Origin: Amoebophrya sp. A120
Lineage: Eukaryota > Protista > Dinoflagellata
Reading direction: 5' to 3'
Assembly: GCA_905178155.1 (NCBI GenBank)
Contig: CAJINV010000002.1
Span: 10,648,709-10,712,708, forward strand
DNA: 64,000 nt
A program made the position numbers and the translations under genes. This document shows positions 35,648-47,100 of this stretch, in pieces. The notes beneath the pieces were generated by a model. The model saw nothing but the letters and a program-made list of their open reading frames with translations, was not told the origin of the DNA and did not search any database. The first letter of the stretch is position 1, and each line of letters begins with the position of its first letter.

Positions 35648-35899
35648 GGTTGAAGTTTTATTGTAAAAGTTTTGCTACTAGTGCTACTCTGCGCGAAACA
35701 GCGCGCCTCTTTTCAGCTAGTTACATACTGGAGCAGGTTTAGAGAAACTGAGCTCATCAAATGATAGGCTTTCCACCATCCGAACTGCTTGCCCCGCTTT
35801 GCATCTGCACAAATGTCGCAGAGCGACAGGCCTATAGAGGCATGTAGAGGCAGGCCTACTCGAACACAGCGAGACATGTAGAGGCACTCTCTCGGAGGC

Positions 35900-37250
35900 T
35901 GCTTCGTGCCGTTGCAGGACCGGCCCGCCGCGAACATTCGCCGGAAGCTGGGGCCAAAACACACAGCGCCTAGACCAGTGAAAATGCTGGCAGCCGGACT
36001 AATGTGTCGAGCGCGCGAGGCGGCTGCCAATTGCCGGAAGGCCGCGGCGCAAAGGCCCGGGCCTTCCCCCGGCGATGCGGGCCGGGCCCAGGCGCTTCTT
36101 GCCCGGCGGGCGATACGCGGCGCAGCGCGGCCGGAAGCCCAGGATCGGGGCCGGGGGCCGGGCGCCGGCCTGCGAACGGGACGCCTTGCGGCGCGTGGCA
36201 CCAGAGCGGCCCCCGCGGCCCGGTCCCTCGTACTTTCCCGGCTGCCGCGGTTTGCTCGGCAGCGCCTTCGCCCTTAAATCACCCGCGAGAAGGCTACCGC
36301 TGGCCCAGGGGGAGGCCGCTCCCAACTGCGCAAAAAATCCCTGCTCCTGTCCTTGAACCAACCCGCGCCGTCCTTGTCCTTCCGCCACCCCGCCACGTCC
36401 AGACAGATTACCCCGCCCCTTGGAGCGTCGATCCGCAGAGCCACCCACGCGCCCCTATTGAAGGGGCGCGCAGGCTCCCGCTCCGCGCTGGTTCGCTGCC
36501 CGGCCCCCGAGGCGCGCCGGCGCCCAACAGCCAGCCGGGCGCGTAGTCGCCGACGCCGAGGGCCGCGGGCCTTGCCGCGTCCCGCCATCTCCAGCCGGCG
36601 GCCCAGCGTACATGTTCGGCGGGATTAGGGCTACGATGTGCACGCCGCCGCCGCCGAACGTTCTCAGTATGGGGCCCCGCCTTCAGCGCGGAAAGCGCGG
36701 TCTACCGCCGCGGCCTTCTTATCCGCTGCCGCAAGCCTCAGGCCGAATGCCCTCCGCCTGCCGTCCGCGAAGTTGCGCCACGCGCCTGCCGCGCGAGCTT
36801 TGCGCTCTTTGTCTTCGTCGAGGAACACGCCGGGGAGCCTCTCGCCGCACTGACCGCAGTAGGTCCGCGGCATCTCCTTTGTCGGCGTTTTCCTCGATCC
36901 GCGCCGGCTTCGCAGGATCTACGTAGATTGCGCCAGGCTCCTCGCGCTTGCCTCCGGCGCCCGCGGCTGCGCAATCGTCGAGGCGGTTCGTGTCGTCCGC
37001 GAACTCGCCTGACCATGAGGCGCACGCGGATCGGCAGCACTCGGCCCGCTAGGGCGGCGCGCTATTCTTCGTCGTTTTTGAACACGTGGCGCGTAGCTCT
37101 CATGTTTTGTTTTTCAAAGAGAACGGCAACCCGCGAACAATCTAAAAAAACACTCACCCGATCAAAATCGGAATCGCCACAGACCGCATTGCTGTGTCCG
37201 AGACAGCGCGAAACTTCTGTGCTGTCCCGCAAAAATGCAGAAGGGCTCGT
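35900..37250. other. Very GC-rich intergenic island, no credible CDS
   Basis: Overlapping Arg/Pro/Gly/Ala ORFs in all frames; composition differs from flanking genes; no TIR or TSD identified. Confidence 0.3.
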
Positions 37251-37255
37251 CGTTT

Positions 37256-40200
37256 TCATGTGTGAGCAGTAATTATTGACTCGTCTTTCAATGTCAACAC
37301 CGCCTCAGCGTCAAAAGTTGTCAAAAAGCGCGAGTGCAAAAAGCGCAAAATTCGACGATGCTGCTTCGGAAGGAAAAGAAAACTTGTCTTCTGAACCATG
37401 ATCAATGCGAGCACATGAGTCAAAAACGCAGCGCCTGACCGCTGTCCTTTGCCCAGCAGTCGCCTCCACTCGCTGCTTCTGACAATGTACGCCGCGCGCG
37501 CTGTTTTCGCGTTTGCAGCGGCCGATGGCGTGTCTGCGGAAGCCGCTTCAGAAACTGCTTCCCGGCGCGGCTTCAGCGCTGGTTTCTGTCCAACTCGCCC
37601 CCGAAACCAGCTCGCTATCCCGCCCCCAGACGACGTCTCTTCCACGTGAAGTTCGCGCGCGCACACCGGAAGCGGAATCGCGTAGGAAAGCGGTCCTCGC
37701 GGCTCGCGTGAAGAGGAGAATGACTTGCTGTGCACAGCACTTTGCTGCTCCGTCGTCGTGTCTTTTGTCGTCTGTGTTTCCTCACCCGATGACGAAGACG
37801 GGTAGACCGTCTTCGAAGAAGACGGCACGTGAAAACTATATGGACTTGTTCCTGGCTTCGCTTCTGCATCGTCGGCCGCAGCTGTGGCGACGACGACATC
37901 CTCGTCGTCGTCCTGCATGAGCGCGTTTTCGTCAAAGCTCGTACTGCTGTCGCCTCGGGTGGCGGCCTGATTACTGTTTTTGTCCACGACATCGTAGTCC
38001 AGCTTTTCCTCGCGCATGAACGGGACCAGCTCGTGCAGGATCAGGTGCACCAGCTTCTCCTGGCAGTCGTGCGCTTCGACGGTCGACGCGGTCTTCTCGG
38101 ACAGGAGCAGCTCCGATTGCTTCAGCAGCGCTTTTTGCATCTTCTCCGCGTCAAACTCCGGATCCAGTGCCCAGCTCAGTGCGCGGAACAGGGGCTCCCC
38201 GGACAGCAGCTGCTCCATGCTCTCGAATACTTGCGACTTCGCGTTGCTGTTCTCCGAGAAAGACACAATCGTTTGCCTCTTCTCGTCGAACACGTGCTGT
38301 CGCGCGTCGATCCGGTTTTTCAGGTCGACTAAATGGTCTGCGAAGACTTCGAACACGATTGCGATCCTCCTCTGGTGCTTCTGCGGGTGGAAAAAATCCT
38401 GCACCGCGCGGTCGCTTGTCAGACCGCGGTGGTTGGCGAAGTACGCCTGCAGCTTGAGCTGTGTCAGCTTTTGCGAAGAAGATTGTTGCTGCTTCCTTCC
38501 AGCAAGCATCTGCGCATTGCCATTTTTCCGGGAGGAAGGCGTAACGAGCGCGGATACGGTGCCATTTCTGTACCCACCAACGGTGTTCACGGTCAGCTCG
38601 GGGAAGTTTTTGTTCCGAAAAGTGCTTCCGCTGGGAATCCTATCGTTCAAGTTGGGAAAGGGCTGCTCCAACCTACCACCGTACTGAATCAGACCGCTGT
38701 CGTAGTCGTCGAGTAACGGGGCGTACGGCAACGCATGCTCCTTCGGCTGCACGAATTTGGTCCCCAGTTGCGTTCTCTTCGCGTAGCTCGACTTGTTGCT
38801 CCTCCGTTTCTGAAAAGCCGGGGACGCGCGACGGTTCCCAAAATCCGCAGCGGTTAGAAACACGTGGTTATTGTTCATCGTTTTACCACCTTGCAGTTCT
38901 CCGAGATTCTTGTGCCGAAACACTTCCATTGCGTTTCCCAGCACGGCCGGTGAAGAAGCTGGCTGCGGAAGTTCGTGTTCAACACCAAAAAGCGACGAAG
39001 AGGAGGAGGACGAACTCACTGCTCCTGTTGTTGTGCGCACCGCTCCACCTCCGGCGGAATGAATTCTTTCAGGACTTAATTCCTGCAGTTTGTCGGCGAC
39101 TTCCAGGAGAAAGTGCAACATGATCTCCTCATAGTACATGGCCTGGATGTCCGCGTCGCGCATCACGCGGTCGATGTCGGCGTCAAACTTTTCGCAGATT
39201 GCCAACACCTTGTACCGCTGCTGGTATAAAACGGCTTCGTGATTGGCGATCTCGTCGAAATCCTCCTCCACCTTCTGCATCTCCTCCACCTCCGCTAGAG
39301 TCCCGGTACTTGGCACCATCAGTGGCTTCTGCTGCGTCGGGCCCTTCGTCTGCTGGCTCGCCAGCGTCGCGAACCGCGCCAGCTGCGCTTTTCTCGACGG
39401 GGAGTTGGAATTTTGCTGTCTATTTTGTGAGCTCTGCGATTGAGTTGCAGTGTGGTCTGTGGCTGTCGTTCCGGTCGAGGTGTCTTGTCTTTCTGAAGCG
39501 GACCCCGAGTTGTAGTTGCTGCGAGTTCGCTTCACTGGGGAAAACTCGGTTTGAAACTCCGTACGCACCTCCATGTCAAGATCAGAGAGAAGAAGAATGA
39601 CCCTCAGAATCTGCACCAAAAATTTCTGCAAGTTGGCGGAGTCCTCCACAAGCATGCGGGAGAGGTGGTGATGTAGCGCGGATCCGAGCGGGTCGTGGTT
39701 ACTACTAGAAGAACTCAACGTAGACGCAGATCTGCTTGCTGCGTTGCTCGTGCCCGATCCAGGCGGGATTTTTCTCTCATTACCTGGCACTTTCGCGTTC
39801 GTCAAAACCTGCACTGGGTCGATCACATACCACACTTCTTTCTGATGATCCTTCGCACGATCATTTCCCGCAGCTCTACCATCCGATGCAGAATTATTCG
39901 GTGTCCGTTCTACCCGCAGCCACTGCCCCAATTTGTGTTCCACTGCGGTTTGCTTGCTTTGCTGCAGAAGCTCCTGGCTGTTCAGATTCAAATTTGCCAC
40001 GAAGAGTCCCGTGGACGGGTCGACGCGAAGATCTTCTCCGAAGAGATCCGCTTGCTCAAGCGCAAGGTAATTCTTGAGCAATGGCTCGCTTGCTGTGGCT
40101 GGTGCGAATATATTTTTTGTCTCAATCGCGCACAATTCCTCGACGAGGAGCGCTCTCGCCGCTTCGAGCACATCGTCCACGGTGACGGGTAAGTGGAATA

Positions 40201-40981
40201 TGAGGTCGGTCACCAAGCGCGGCAGCCGCATTGGATCCTCTTCCTCCAGCTCGTGTGCAGAAGTGAACATAGGTGCTTGTGCTGGCGAAAAATCAAAATC
40301 ATGTTTTGATGATGCCAGAACACCCCTACTGCTTGGCGACTGTGAGGCTTGCGCAATTTTTCTGTCGCCACTGAACAAAAACAGGTGTCCGAGGATGCGC
40401 TGCGCCAGTAAATTTGTGCTTTGGTTCGCGGCGTAGCGGGAGAAACCTTCCACCGTGCGCTGCCGTATCCTTCGCAGCCGTGCCTTGTTGTTATCCTGTT
40501 CTTGGAAGGTCTGCTTTTGCAGCAACTCCACGGCAAACACGTGAAACTCGAGCAGGGTTTCCACCGGCCAGGTCGTTGCAATTTCGGAGTCCAGAGCGAG
40601 CTGCGTGAGGCAGTTCACGATGCAGTCCGCGCAGACGATCAATTGGTCGAACGTGTGGGGATACGTGCCCTGTTGGTTTTGAAGAATCCCGCGCTGAATC
40701 GGTGTCCTTGTGTCCTCGACGCTCGACGATTCGACTTTTTCGTACTCCTCTCGCAGCAGACTGCGCACGATCTGCCGCGCGATCTGGTACAAGAGGAAGC
40801 AGCAGCTGCGGAATTCGGTCACTGGTAGGCCGCGACTGGGGTGGAACAGCTTCACCAACTGGGTGAGCAGGTTCGACTCCGGGACCGTAGACGAGGGCAC
40901 TTGCTGCAGCTTCTCCACAATTTGGACAAGCTTGCGCTGCCGACCCTCGATACCCTCCGCGGCGGAGAACGAGACCGCCAT
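37256..40981 (-). CDS. Large hypothetical protein, 1241 aa, single exon
   Basis: Uninterrupted ORF with helical Leu-rich blocks and Ser/Gln linkers; no family recognised. Confidence 0.8.
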   Translation of the reverse strand: MAVSFSAAEGIEGRQRKLVQIVEKLQQVPSSTVPESNLLTQLVKLFHPSRGLPVTEFRSCCFLLYQIARQIVRSLLREEYEKVESSSVEDTRTPIQRGILQNQQGTYPHTFDQLIVCADCIVNCLTQLALDSEIATTWPVETLLEFHVFAVELLQKQTFQEQDNNKARLRRIRQRTVEGFSRYAANQSTNLLAQRILGHLFLFSGDRKIAQASQSPSSRGVLASSKHDFDFSPAQAPMFTSAHELEEEDPMRLPRLVTDLIFHLPVTVDDVLEAARALLVEELCAIETKNIFAPATASEPLLKNYLALEQADLFGEDLRVDPSTGLFVANLNLNSQELLQQSKQTAVEHKLGQWLRVERTPNNSASDGRAAGNDRAKDHQKEVWYVIDPVQVLTNAKVPGNERKIPPGSGTSNAASRSASTLSSSSSNHDPLGSALHHHLSRMLVEDSANLQKFLVQILRVILLLSDLDMEVRTEFQTEFSPVKRTRSNYNSGSASERQDTSTGTTATDHTATQSQSSQNRQQNSNSPSRKAQLARFATLASQQTKGPTQQKPLMVPSTGTLAEVEEMQKVEEDFDEIANHEAVLYQQRYKVLAICEKFDADIDRVMRDADIQAMYYEEIMLHFLLEVADKLQELSPERIHSAGGGAVRTTTGAVSSSSSSSSLFGVEHELPQPASSPAVLGNAMEVFRHKNLGELQGGKTMNNNHVFLTAADFGNRRASPAFQKRRSNKSSYAKRTQLGTKFVQPKEHALPYAPLLDDYDSGLIQYGGRLEQPFPNLNDRIPSGSTFRNKNFPELTVNTVGGYRNGTVSALVTPSSRKNGNAQMLAGRKQQQSSSQKLTQLKLQAYFANHRGLTSDRAVQDFFHPQKHQRRIAIVFEVFADHLVDLKNRIDARQHVFDEKRQTIVSFSENSNAKSQVFESMEQLLSGEPLFRALSWALDPEFDAEKMQKALLKQSELLLSEKTASTVEAHDCQEKLVHLILHELVPFMREEKLDYDVVDKNSNQAATRGDSSTSFDENALMQDDDEDVVVATAAADDAEAKPGTSPYSFHVPSSSKTVYPSSSSGEETQTTKDTTTEQQSAVHSKSFSSSREPRGPLSYAIPLPVCARELHVEETSSGGGIASWFRGRVGQKPALKPRREAVSEAASADTPSAAANAKTARAAYIVRSSEWRRLLGKGQRSGAAFLTHVLALIMVQKTSFLFLPKQHRRILRFLHSRFLTTFDAEAVLTLKDESIITAHT

Positions 40982-41371
40982 GGTAAAGGGAATTTGTGAT
41001 CAGTCTGAGGAGCCACAAGTGGTGAAAACTTGTCTTCTATGTCGGTCGTTATTTTGTGACTACGGACCTTTTTGGCCTCCTGGGTCCTCGTACCGTCATT
41101 GTTGATGATGTTGTCAATGCAGCTACATGCGAAACGGACAACTTTTGGCAGCATCAGCCATCAGCGTGTTCAACTTCATCGTCATCGAATACACCACCGT
41201 CATATCGTTCATTACTGCACCTTCCCTCCTCTACCGCGCGCGGCGCTTCATCGTACAGCAGGAAACGAACACTCAGATAATGCAGAAGGAAACAACAGAA
41301 GTCTCGACTGAACTTGCCTCAAGCACAAGGGCGCGAATATATCTGCGCGTGGTGGAAAAAAGTTCTTCTGT

Positions 41372-43566
41372 TCATGCTAGAGCGGCCTCGGCTGGGCCTG
41401 GGGTCATATCCACAACGGTCTTCAGCTCCTGAAATGCTACGCCTGCTTGGTTTATGTACACGAAAAAAACGTTTCCCTCTGCGACTGGCACACCAACGGC
41501 GATCTTAATCGGCCGTGCCCCCGCAAATGGAATCTTATCGCACGTGTCTGTTGCCATGCTGTCGGCCTGCAGACCACAAAGCCGGGTAACGCTGCCTGTA
41601 ACGAAGTCATTAATTTATTTTTGCGACTGCGTTCCTTGTTCCAGCAAACAAAAATGGTCCCTTGCCTGACTTCTGAATGCTATGCCGTCCTACTGCTGCA
41701 GCAACACAAAACATTCCTACCTGACAGCCCGGGCTGCCCTTCCAACGGTGCGAAGTACATCAGGGTTTTTGGTGTGGTTCCCGGTGCCACGAACGGAACA
41801 GACAACTCAGTGCCCACCAGTGCCGGGCCCCGGAAGTCCGACCCCTTGGGGTTCTGAATCAGTTTCGGATACGTAGGGTCCGCGAGCTGCAGGCTGTTTC
41901 CCGTTGCGTTCACCGTGATCACAGCCTCGCGGTTAAAGTTGTCATCTGTGATGTAATTCGATTGTAGCTCTGCCTTGAGGTGGATTTCATATCATTATCA
42001 TGCAAACACTCATTACACGTACAACGCGGCGATCATGACTTTCTTTAGGTCGGAAAGAACCACAACACACCGACATCCGCTACCTGCGTCGTAGTAGCTG
42101 AGCGCCACCGTGTTTTCCGCGACCAGCGCGAGCGAATGGTAGGACAGGTCGGCACCGATGATTCCGACCTTCAACGGCTTGTAGAAGAACATGTTCCCGT
42201 CGGCGTCGACTTTTCCCACCCGCAGCACGGCCGTGTCCTCTGCGTTGGTGGCGACATCGCCGTGAAAAGCCACGACGAACTTCCCCGCGGCGGTGGCGAT
42301 CGGGACCACGTTCACGTTCGTCACTTTGCCCACGTAGAACTCAAAATTGCCGTCAAACTGCAAGTTATTTTCCGCCGGGTTGCTCGCCAACGCGACCCGC
42401 CCGACCTTGTTCTCCGGGTCCCCGAAGAAGACGAGCACGTTCGGGTCGGTCTGCGTGGGGTCGATCCGCGTGAGCAGAAGGCGCGCCTTCGCGTCCTGGT
42501 TGCGCCCGTAGGGCTTGGGCGACTTCTGCACGGGCTCGACGAGTTTCGCCAAGTTTTCCAGCGCGTTCGTGGCGGAAGTTTTCGCGACGTAACCCGCTTT
42601 CGTGCTCGACTCGACGAAGGCCACGTACACCGTGTGTGTGGTATCGTCGTACTGGATGTCCAGCGCCTCGGCCAGCACCGGTTTTTCGTGCAACAAGATT
42701 CCGGTCGTGTTTGCGGGCCAGAACACCCGCCCGAGCGTTTGTCTTCCCAGACGCAAGTGCGCGAGCTTGGTCTCTGCGTCGCGGTAGACGACGAAAATCA
42801 GGCCCCCACTGGGGGACGCCGCCATCGCAACGCCGTCAATCTTCGCGCCAACCTTCGTTTTCCCACTGGCGGCACCACTGCTGCTCCCGGCGCCGCTCCC
42901 GGAAGCAGAGGCACCACTGCTGCTCCCGGCGCCTTGGTACGCGGTGTCGTCCAGAAACATGGCGTTCACCGACATTTTGCGCAGGGTGCAAAGAAAGCCG
43001 TCGCCCTCGTAGCCCGGGTCGCACGAGCAGTGCGGGACCTCGTAGAACGCGGGCTTGTCCTTCGGCTCCGTGTCGGAGGGCGTCACTCGGCAGGTCGCGT
43101 GGTCCCCGCACTCCAGGTCGGCGCAGGACTCCGCGTTCGGGTGCGAATCCAGGATTCCGCGGATCGTCGACAAAAAGGTTCGGGATTGCTGCAAGTAGTC
43201 ATCCAATCTGCCCGCCTCCACGCGGTCGCGCTCCACGGCTTGTTGCAAAATCCCGCTGTCCAGCGCTTCGAGTCCCTGGGCCTGCGCGGTGATGTACGTG
43301 TTCTCCACCGTTTCGTTCAGCGTTTGCAAGGCGGACTTGGCGCCGTTCACCTTGTCCTGCATGGTGGTGAGCAGGCCCCCGATCCGGTACACCTGGTCCT
43401 CGGGCGTGACCGCCTGCTCGTGCTTGTTCATGACTTGGTACAGCGTCTCCTCCTCCTTCAGATCCGAAGCCGCGTTTTTTGTCTTCACCTGCACCCGCAC
43501 CCCCTGCGAAAAAAAACGCAGGGGGTGGAGGAGAAGGAAAAACAGCCGTCCTCGTCGGGAGACCAT
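41372..43566 (-). CDS. Secreted protein with coiled-coil, EGF-like domain and beta-rich C-terminal region
   Basis: Signal-like MVSRRGRLFFLLLHPLRFFSQG; EGF CADLECGDHATC...CSCDPGYEGDGFLC; probable further exons at ~41725-41965 and 41372-41570. Confidence 0.75.
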
Positions 43567-44167
43567 GATATTTTTACGGAGCCGTGTTTGCTGATTTATT
43601 TTGCATGCTACATCTTGTATGCAATCTACGAAACGAGGCCGACCCCTATGGCGCACTCCCAGGCACATTTTTTTTCGCACGAGCCCAGATGAGAACGTGA
43701 GTTGCCTTCCCTCGTGCACTCTTAAATCTCTCTGGCCCGCCGACAAACTTGTCCCTGTACACAAAGTTGCACTCGAGCGCATCGCGTCATTGGCTTGTCG
43801 CCCTTTTCTTCGCACCATGCTTCCCCGCTCGACCTCCTGCGTTTTGCTTTTTTCACCATGAGACGGCCAAAGTTTTCGTCTCTCCTGGAACTGAAACAGG
43901 GATGGCCAGGCAGCGGCTATTGTTCTTTTCCGTCTATCACTTCTTATCGCATCGGTCGCAATTCCACTTTACAGTTCCAAAACTTAATTTCTGTATTCCC
44001 ATAGTACCAAAATTTTGGTACACCGTCATCTGAATTCAACTCTTAAGTACGTTTCAACATTCTACGAGTAATGGTCAGGGACATTCGCAAACAAGAAGTG
44101 CGTAGAAAAATGTTGGTGAATCAAAATCGAACTAAAGTACACGAACGCTCCTGAATCAGGCAGGACT

Positions 44168-47100
44168 TTAAGGTTGATGCAACAAACCTCCGATCGAGGA
44201 GGCAAACCGATCCATAGACCGGAATATGTTCTTTCCAGCGGACACGATCCCGCTGGCCGCCTGTTGTGCGGCGGACGTCGGACTGTCGCCTCCACCCCGG
44301 GTGCCTTGGCTCCTCAACATTCGGTCAATGTCCAGCCCCGTCGCGACCGAGTCCACAAACCGCATGGGCGGATTCTTGAACCGGTCCATAAAGCCGGCAC
44401 TATCCACAATCTCGTTGCCCACGGTCGCGCGGGCGCGGAAGAACGCAAACCGCCAGGTCGCAAACGGGATGTCACTCAGGTAGGCGTAGGGGTCGCGGAA
44501 AATGCCCTGCAGCTCCTCCCGGAGCTCCTGGTTGGTCACGGAATCGAGATTCAGTTGCTCCTGCATAGAGAGAGCAAGCAGATCAGGATCATCGCTGCGA
44601 AGCTGGTTTTCCTCCGGGAAGAAGCTGATTTGGTCCTCTGCCGCGCTGCCACGAGGATACCCATTTTGTGCATAAGAGAAACCATTCTGTCCGTGGTCAA
44701 TTCTGCCTCCCTTGTCCGGAAACACCCACTTCGCGTAGATCAAATCGAATACTGCCATGGTGGCCGCGACGAAACTGGGCTCGTACGCGTTTTCCCGCAG
44801 AGACTCGTCGAAGATCAGCCGCACTACCGGCGCCGGAAGAAGCTGCGTGAACTGTGCGAAAAAAATTTTGGACAAGACCACGGTGAGCTGCTCCGACACC
44901 ATCGTTTTCTCGAGGTCCAACTCGTCGCCCAGGACCCCGACATTCCAGTAGCTCGCCGCGGTGTGGACAAGGTCGACGAAGATTCGGTGACGCGGAAAAA
45001 TTCTCACCCGCTGGTCCACGAGCGCCTGCATTTGGCTGCGGCTGAGGCGGGGATCGAGACTGTTAGTATCCGCCGGAGATATCTTACGGATGCTGGCATT
45101 CGAAGATCTGGGCAGCGGCACTCCTTTACTTCCTGCAAAGTTCTCGGTCGAGCGACTGGCTCGCTCTCCGCGCTGCAGCCGTTTCACCTCCTCCATCGAG
45201 GCCGGCAGGCTCGTGCTTTGGACAAAGCTCGCGATTTTGTCGTGCACGGGAAGACGCGGCGGATCTGCGGCCGGAAGGAAATCTTCTTGGTCGACTACAG
45301 CACTACGCTGGAAGATCTTGTCACTGGCACCGTTCGCGACGCCAAGCAGATCGGCGTTCTCCCCCTTGACCAACTCACGGCTCGGAAAGGCGTGCACGAG
45401 GCTGGCGAAGAACATCTTTCGGGAGTAGTCAAACGGCACCGTGAACAAAAATCGCATGTGCAGCCCGACGGTGTTGGTCCCACTGGAGGACGAGTGAACG
45501 GCAACCGCACCATTGGCCGAAGACCCTTGACTCGAAGACGAGTCGTCCACGAGCAGGAAGTCGTGCTCCGCTAAAGGTGCAGTTCCTCGAATTTTCGGGC
45601 TTCTTTCGCTATGGTCCTCCACAATCTCGTCCGCCAATAGCCATTTTTGGTCCACCAAATACTGCCCGCTGTCTCCCGCCCGGGTCAATTTCTTCGAGTG
45701 CAGGAAGTAAAGGAGCAGCCAAAAATACGCCTCCTCCTCGACGAAACTGATGGACAAAACCAGCTCGTGCAGGAGAAACGTCATGCCCTGCGTGTACGGC
45801 ACCGACGTGGCCGCGGGGAGAAACATGTAGGCGCTGAGCACGTCGCGGATGATAGTCTGCTCCCGTTCCGTCAGGTGGAACAGGTGGGACGAGGTGCTTT
45901 TTTTCGAAGATTCGTCAGAAGTGGTTGTACTGACCGAGCTACTGGACGACGTGGTTCCTGTACACGACGTTGCAGTGCCTTCTGCTGGTTTAGTGTCTGT
46001 AGCAGAGGCACTTCCAGCAGTAGAAGTGGGACCACGGCAAGTAGATGCGGAAGAATTTTCACTTCTCTTGATCTGCAACAGGTGGGTGCGCAAGATGTCG
46101 AGTTCCAGTAGGTGGATATCCTTTTTGATCCGCACTTCCTCCTCCGACAGGGACTTGTCAGGCTTATCGTTGATCGATCGCTGCCAAACCACGCTTTCCA
46201 TCAATCTGGTGTACACCTTACCGATTTCTTCCGAGGGGAAGGTAGCGAAAGACCCGTTGCGTACTCGCGTCAGCAAACTGTTCCGCCGGCTCCGCGGCAT
46301 CAGCTGCAGTGCCAGTTGCGGGCCGAACACTTTCCGCGCCAAGATCGCTTTCGCCAGCCAGCGGCGGTGCAAACTGGCTTTTTCCGCGGTCGTCGTGAGT
46401 GGGTCGTCCAGCGGCGAGTAGAGCTGTTTCAGCCGAAACAGCCGGACCTCGTCCAGCAGCGTCTGGGGCTTGTTTTCCAGAGCTGCGTTAACAAGTTCCG
46501 GCGTGCGTGCGAGCTGGTTCTGGGGCTGGTTTGCAGGTGGCAGTCCCGGATGACTCATCCTCACTTCCAGCGTTTGCTCTCTTTGCTCAGGCGGAACGCG
46601 GGTAGGGCTGACGTCGGTGCTCCGCTGGGTCGTTTTCGTCGCCGACGGCTCGGACGTAGCGGTCGAGGAAGCGTTTGTGGTTCGGTTTGCGACCAGGGAG
46701 CTGCTTTCCTTTGTATTCGTGGTGTGATACTTTTCCTCCGTCCCATTGGTCTGGGTCGCACCGACCGCGCTCGTGGTGCGAAGACCCGGGAAAAACTCTT
46801 CCGGAACTTCTGATGTACTATCCGTTGTAGTATCACAATTGTTTCCTTGCCCCTCGTCCACACGAATCGCTGCGGACTTCGTTTCCATCGAGCTAAAAGA
46901 CGTCTGCCTCGGAGGGGACGACCCGTCGCAGTCGGTCTCAGTCAGCAGCTGGAACGGGAGAGTCGGAGGAGTTGTTAAGTCGGAGCCACCTGCTCCAGCT
47001 GAACGATCGCTCCCTCTTAATGTTGCCGGATCATTCGTCGTGCTGTTTATTCCGTCGCTATCCTCTGGAAGGCTCCATTCCTGCGCCTCCTGCTCTCCTC

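Noticed and set aside
42136-45574. Long plus-strand ORFs 42136-43692 and 44174-45574 (and similar ones at 20478-21365 and 33707-34759)
   Set aside because: Antisense shadows of minus-strand genes with GC-rich codons; the recognisable motifs or protein-like frames are on the minus strand.
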